A DNA stretch of 64,000 nt, taken from contig NC_045728.1 of NCBI RefSeq assembly GCF_009834535.1, positions 16,926,001 through 16,990,000 on the forward strand, written 5' to 3'. The position numbers were made by a program, and so were the translations under genes. Under the pieces are notes generated by a model, which was given only the letters and a program-made list of their open reading frames with translations, was not told where the DNA came from and searched no databases. Of this stretch, positions 58,240 through 64,000 are shown piece after piece; the stretch's first letter is position 1; each line of letters opens with the position of its first letter. The DNA is from Camelus ferus (lineage: Eukaryota).

Positions 58240-58870
58240 TTAATTTACCAGGACGTAGCCGCTGTGCTGTGGGTCCACGGCCTCCAGCATTTCACAATCG
58301 AAGAGTCCGGGGAACTCCGGGAGGGCTAGAGGATCGTAGCTGGAGGGGGCTTCCTGCAGTCCTGAGCTCTGGGGGCAGTCTGGCGCTGCCAGGCGGCCGC
58401 TCTGCGGGTCTCCATCCATGGGGTACGAGCAGGGCGTGGGGTAGTCCGACTCCGGGGAGGCGGCGCCCGGCAGCTCACAAGTCTGATAGGAGAACCGCAG
58501 GGGCGCGGGGGCGGCTCCCGACTGCGGGGGCGGCGGCGGCGGCGGCGGCGGCGGGGGCGGGGGCGGCGGGGGCGGCAGCGGAGGGGCGGCCCGGGGACCC
58601 GGCGGGGACGGCAGGGGCTGCAGCCGCATCTCCCGGTACTGACCGAGGAAGGGGCTGTACTGCATCCCTCCGGCAGCGGGCTCCAGCACGGGGCTCAGGG
58701 GCTGCGTCCGGCTGAACGGCGCGGGCGGCTGGGCCGGCGGGGGCGGCTCCTGGCCGGGGAGGGGCCGCTGCTGGCCGGGCTGTGGGTACGAGCTCTCTGC
58801 TATCTGCATCTGATTAAAGTATGCCTGCAGCTGAGACTGTTTCTGCAGGAGGAGCCGCTTCTGCTGGAGT
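58240..58870 (-). CDS. SIK2: SIK2 exon 15, terminal coding part (631 nt)
   Basis: [30 protein letters not shown]...poly-Pro...GYVLVN*. Confidence 0.95.
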
Positions 58871-61800
58871 CTAAGTCGGCAACACCAAAAGAAAGAATTT
58901 TAAATCTTCTTCAGTGATGCCAATTTTAACGTAAATCCAGTACCAGTCATTAGCGTCAGTCCCCCCACTTCTCCGCTTCCCACGGCAGGAGGGAAGAAAA
59001 AAAAAAACAAACAGGGGTAGGAGCCAACTGTGTTTGGTTTCTTAAACACAATCTTACTTTTTGTCCCCCGGTTCTGGCTGATCCCTCAGTGCCCCAGTGG
59101 ACAGGAGTTCTTTTTCTCTAAGACTCTTGCGTTTCTCCTCCCTACGGAGCGAGAGGCTGATTTCCCGTCCGGAGTGTTTCGAAGCGGGGGTGACACCTTG
59201 GCCTCTGTGAGTGTCTGCAGGTTGATGGATTAGGGTAATTCTATCTTGGCCAAGATGCTTCTACTAGTGAGGCCTGAGGGCACGAGTTACTGCAGGGGAG
59301 GATGGACGCCTTCTCTCCAGTATAACCCACTTAAACCGCATTAGGTCGGGGATTCTGAAAGCTTAGGTCTATTCATAACCCAAAGGGGAAACACTGGAAG
59401 AAAAGGAGAACAAAGCACATTTAGGGCTGCTGTCCCCTGACAGGCCCGTACTCCACGGACAGTGGAACATGCACACCAGCGTACTGAAACCTATGTTCCT
59501 GGTAGAGGCAAATTGTAGGGAAAAGGACAACCTACCCGGCTTAAGTTCCCACAAAGAGAGTGACTTCTGTGGCTCAAGACCATCTCTCACCTGTGTTCTT
59601 GCAGCTGCTGTTCAAGGCTCCGTGGTGGTTCTTTACAATAAAGCTGGCAGGTGTTCTGGGCTTTTGACAGAAGGCTGGGCTTCTGGAAGAGCAGAAGAAA
59701 TACAAGCATGACGTGTGTCATCCAGGACGCAGTCATTAGACCGAACTTCTGCCTGGAGTTCGAAGCCACGTGAGCCACAGAGTGAGGAGAATGCCACGTG
59801 CTCACTGAGACTCTGGCAAAGCCTTTGGCCCAACAGTATTGAGTCAGCAGGCCTGGGCTCTCTCGGGTCTAACCTAGGTCAGTTCTCCATTTCTAAAAGT
59901 CTTCTAGGACTGGGAGGTTCATGGAGACTGAAAACAATGAGGAAGTGGAATTAAATTTATAGCAGAGGCCACAGCACTTGTTGAATGAACAAACAGTCCA
60001 TTCTTTATGGGATCTGTGTTGTATTCGGTGTTAAGGATTTTCAGGCACCGAGCGAGAGTTGATAGTACATGCTTCCTGACTGAAATTTTCATTTTATTTA
60101 TTATTCACCAAGATGTACACCGTCAGAAGCAAAGAAGCCATTGTTCCCTTTCCTACCGCTCAGTGGCAGTACCCTTTCCTGGGCTCTGAGGACAAACCTT
60201 TTTCTGCTGCCAGCACAGAGCATGAGGATAAGTCTGAACATGTTTCCAGACCTAGATGCCTATCAGGAATTAAGAATTAAGCAGCTACCCTAAAAAAATA
60301 CCAAGCCCAACAGGCTGCTACTGTGCAGAAAGGCAGACCGTGGATGAGCACAGTGAGCTGGTGCCACAAAGCGAGGCGGGGTGGGAATGGGGGGGTGGGG
60401 CGCTCCCACCTGGAGTCGGTGCTGCAGGAACTGGGCCTCCAGGCCGGGCCGCTGGCAGAGCTGAGGGTGTGGGCTGCTGGGCAGCGCAGAGATGCTTTTC
60501 TGCTGCTGAGAAACTTCCTCCTGAGGAGAAGGGGTGAACACATTTTCAGTTGTCCGTTAGGGGAGAAAGTTTCAATTCTTAGTTGAAGCACATGGGCGAA
60601 CGTCCAAGAGGAACTCCAGCTCTGCTAAGACAGAGTACTCAAGAGCTCTTCACATAGCCAGTAGGTAGGCTGAGGGTTAACCACTTTGCAGAACGTGTAC
60701 ACATGCATCTCCTGTAGTAAACCATTACCTAGTCAGTACTGGAGCAAAGGCCCTTGCTGTCACCAGAACGTTATTACCTTCATGTGGCATCAAAGTCCGT
60801 GATGCACTGGAAACGGACTCAAATGAAATTTATTAGATAGACAGCAATATTTTGTATTTTTAGCATCAATAATTCATTTAGTAAGATTTAATGATGTGAT
60901 ATCACATCAAAAATAGCAGCAACAAGCTTCTCATTTTGTGTCAAGATTCTTATTCTTAATTTCTGTGTGTGTGTGTGTGTGTGTGTGCACGTGAGGGGGA
61001 GGGAGTTCACGTTCAGTCCGTCCTGTGAACTGAGCAGAGCTGGCCAGTGTCTAGGCCTCCACGTGGTGCGGATCACCTGGGCCTGCGTGGACGGGCCTAA
61101 CCCGGCCCGTCAGGGGCAGAGGGCTGCAAGAGGGAAAGCTTTCAGGCTGCGGGCTTTCCAAAAGCATCTGTCTGCTCCAGGACTGCAGTAAGTCCTGAGT
61201 GAAATGATGCATCTTCAGGACAAAGCCCTGCCAGGTACTCACAGAGCCCCTGCGGCCAGGGCCCGGGGCACCCACCTGAGGGCAGCTGCTGGCAAGGGCT
61301 TGGAGCTGAGGAGCAGGTGATGCCAAGGTAGGGTCGGCCTCGGATCCCATCTGCTCGTAAAGCAACTGCACTTTGTTCAACTCTAGGATTCCTTTGGTTC
61401 TAGCCAGATTCTGAAGATGCTGTCTGAATGCTACAATTCCTGAGAGAAAGAACAATGTTCAAATAAAACACAAGGCCTTTCAGTGACCACGCGTGTGAAC
61501 TCACACGGCAGCAAAGCCTGTCAAGTCCTAGCAGCGTAAGGGCTGTGAGAGCCAGCAGAGAAAGCCGCAGTCACCTTGGGTGAGGGAGGTGTCTGACGCC
61601 CGGCGGCCCTCTCTGAAGCTCACTGGAGACCTATTGTGAGCCTCTCGTTTCTGGGAGCTCAGAGCCTGCATGGCTGGGTTGGCAGGTCTCAGGCTCACGA
61701 AGGGAGACGTCATGCGGGGTGAGGGCTGATTGGCTAACATGATGTCCTTGAGGGAAGGGTTGTCCTCCAGAAAATTCAGGTCCCTCTGAACAGACCCCAT

Positions 61801-62560
61801 GTCATATTCAGAGTCCACACTGTCAAGGGAGGGGTTGTCACCCACAGAGAAAATTTTCCCTTTAAGAGAAAAAAACCAAAACAAAACACATTATCACCAC
61901 CAACAAATAGCATATTCTTGGAACATAGGATACAAAGCATACAACACAGCCACAACGTCCTTCATCTCCAGCCAAAACATCTTTCCAGAAACTTCTTATA
62001 TGGCAATTTAATCAGCTTCAAATTTAGTGGGGAAAACACTCCAGAACCTGTACCCATAAGATCTCTGCCACTCAAAAAGAGCCAGAGAGCCGATGAGTGT
62101 CACAGCCCTCAGATGGGTCCTGGGAGTTAGAGGAGCCATCTCAGAGATATTCCATCTCAATCTTTGTGGCTGTTGACCAGGTCTGATCTTCCAGCCCGCT
62201 GAATGTGGTCCATGAGGGAACAAGACCCAGACAACATTCTGGGAACCGGTTGGTACTGTTACCAGTTCTTGGAGCTTGGAGAACGAGGTGACGCTGGGAA
62301 GACTTAACGTGGTGCTTACTGCCTACTGTACCTGAACCAGGCATCACCACCAGCTGATTGGTCACTTCCGACAGAGTGTGCCGTCTCTGCCCACTGCGTG
62401 TGGACTGGAAGGCGTCGAAGGCCTGACTGGGGTCTTCCTCGGCGTCTCCTTCTGTCTCCACGCCCTCATCAATGGAGGTCTCCATCACGTTGCCAGGCAA
62501 CGACTGGCACCCCTTCCTCGCCAGGACAGGGGGCACAGGGTCCAGCAGACAGCCATTCAC
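58240..62560 (-). CDS. SIK2: Salt-inducible kinase 2, C-terminal six coding exons: complement(join(62332-62560,61575-61859,61276-61439,60410-60520,59591-59682,58240-58870))
   Basis: GT-AG exons in continuous frame containing RRHTLSEV and RRASDTSL (PKA/14-3-3 motifs, about T484 and S587 in human) and ending ...[11 protein letters not shown]. The kinase-domain exons lie beyond the window. Confidence 0.96.
59591..59682 (-). CDS. SIK2: SIK2 exon 14 (92 nt)
   Basis: [30 protein letters not shown](R). Confidence 0.94.
60410..60520 (-). CDS. SIK2: SIK2 exon 13 (111 nt)
   Basis: [37 protein letters not shown]. Confidence 0.93.
60964..60987. repeat. (TG)12 microsatellite
   Basis: Read directly; SIK2 intron 12. 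Confidence 0.95.
61276..61439 (-). CDS. SIK2: SIK2 exon 12 (164 nt)
   Basis: (G)[29 protein letters not shown]...LASSCPQ. Confidence 0.95.
61575..61859 (-). CDS. SIK2: SIK2 exon 11 (285 nt)
   Basis: (G)[22 protein letters not shown]...[19 protein letters not shown]. Confidence 0.95.
62332..62560 (-). CDS. SIK2: SIK2 exon 10 by human numbering (229 nt)
   Basis: [22 protein letters not shown]...[20 protein letters not shown]; AG/GT on the minus strand. Confidence 0.95.
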
Positions 62561-64000
62561 CTAAACACCAGCGTGAGAGGGAGGCGGGAGGAGACCGTTA
62601 GTGGCTGCTCTGCTGAGACATCAGGAACATCCACACAGGAAAAAAGATTCGAGACCTGTGGCAAGTCGGAAATTACGCGTAATATTCAAGATGTACACAT
62701 TTGTTACTAATGACAACCTGTAGCTGGGAAGCTGAGGGAAGTCAGCTGCAGTGCTTAGAGACAGAAGCCCTTTATGACCCAAGCTGGCACTGCCTCCCAG
62801 GTTTCTCTGAGTCATCTTTATTACAATAAACAATTTTTTTAGTGGTTTCCAGATGAATAGGGTCTATTAGCTTCAGGCCTGCCAGTTTTTTTTTTTTTTT
62901 TCAATAAGGGAAATGAAGAGGGCGAAGATGAGATAAAAAAAAAAACCCCAAAAACAACTGCATGGCTCATAGCTAAGAAAAAAGAGCAGTCGCCAGCATT
63001 CTTCTAATTTTCAACCACAGAACCTATTGGAAGGCTCTAGACATACGTTTATGTTCATAATTTAAGTACCTGCCTGTTTGATTTAGTCTTTAGTTGGTTC
63101 TATGTGCCTGAGGAATGGGAAAAAAAAAAGAATTCTTTAAAGGCAGACATATCACAAAAAGGAGTGGAAAAAAAAATCAAACAGCAAACAGCCAAAGCCT
63201 TCCATTATAGAATAACAAATGACTCGCAGGCCCCAAATTCCAGCAGGGGTTAATGAGCACTAGTGGACTGACTTCTCTCTCCTCCAGCAGCACAGAGTGT
63301 CCATCCCGCAGGGACGAGCTCAGCACAGCTCCTGAGTGAGAGCTTGGCCATCCTGCAAGTTGCCAAGCAAACCACCTCATGGCGGGCAGAAACAGCACCC
63401 AGAGGGGAGCTGTGGTTGTGAGTTCTTCTGGCTGGGAAAAGCCCCAACGAGGAGGCAATTATTTACCTCATTACCTTAACTAGTCCCCCGTGGAGATCAA
63501 TCCAGTTTTCTCCTATGAATGGCTGCTCAGGAGCAGCCAGGGTAAGATGCGGAGTTGCCAGCAGGACGTTCACCTGGAATACACTGCGCGGAGCTATTGT
63601 TTCCCTTGGAAGCAGGAGAAGCTCTCGTATGTGAGAGGTGACGTGGGACATCCCTGGGCCAGACACAGGAAACTTTCCTCTTATGGCAACCGATCTGAAG
63701 GCGCTGCGAGGCCCTTTATTTGGAGAGGGAGACTTGGGTGACTCAGATCTTTGTTTGCTTGGGGGAGGGGACGGTTATTCCATAAAAACTGTCCTGCGGC
63801 CAAAGCTATTACTCGGACATGGTGGCTAACGCACTACAGGGTTTTAAAGTGACAAGTGGTCATTTAAAAGGAAGTGGCAAATGCTTTTTTCCTAGACCCG
63901 GACCAATCTTCCCCATAGCACTGGGAAACAAAAACTCTGAAATCTGGCTGGCAACTCTTAGGCTCCCTTGACCCTTCCCCAGATACGTGTTCCCTTTTTG

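Noticed and set aside
58212-58715. 167-aa Ala/Gly-rich plus-strand ORF
   Set aside because: Antisense shadow of the GC-rich SIK2 exon 15.
62561-64000. Further SIK2 exon or kinase-domain coding sequence
   Set aside because: No ORF or splice pattern continues the SIK2 frame; this appears to be intron extending past the window edge.

Overview
Mammalian genomic DNA, most likely a camelid (alpaca/camel), inferred from repeated tRNA-derived SINEs resembling the camelid Vic-1 family. It is syntenic with the human ALG9-PPP2R1B-SIK2 cluster. It contains: (1) the last coding exon and 3'UTR of ALG9 (+); (2) the complete PPP2R1B gene (PP2A scaffold subunit A-beta, +), with 15 coding exons for the canonical isoform (605 aa here; exon 5 is mostly hidden in an N-gap) plus two intact downstream exons (45951-46072, 55459-55551) encoding a long alternative C-terminus (671 aa); (3) the last six coding exons and 3'UTR of SIK2 (-), convergent with PPP2R1B. 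The rest is intron or intergenic DNA with SINEs, L1, L2, MIR, DNA transposon and LTR remnants, microsatellites and two assembly gaps. I found no support for a wholly new gene or system. The best leads are the sense-antisense overlap of the long PPP2R1B isoform with the SIK2 3'UTR, lineage-specific coding repeat changes, an inverted SINE cluster around PPP2R1B exon 13, and several unusual retrotransposition products. Comparisons with human and mouse proteins and repeat consensus sequences are from memory, not from searches; repeat boundaries are approximate.
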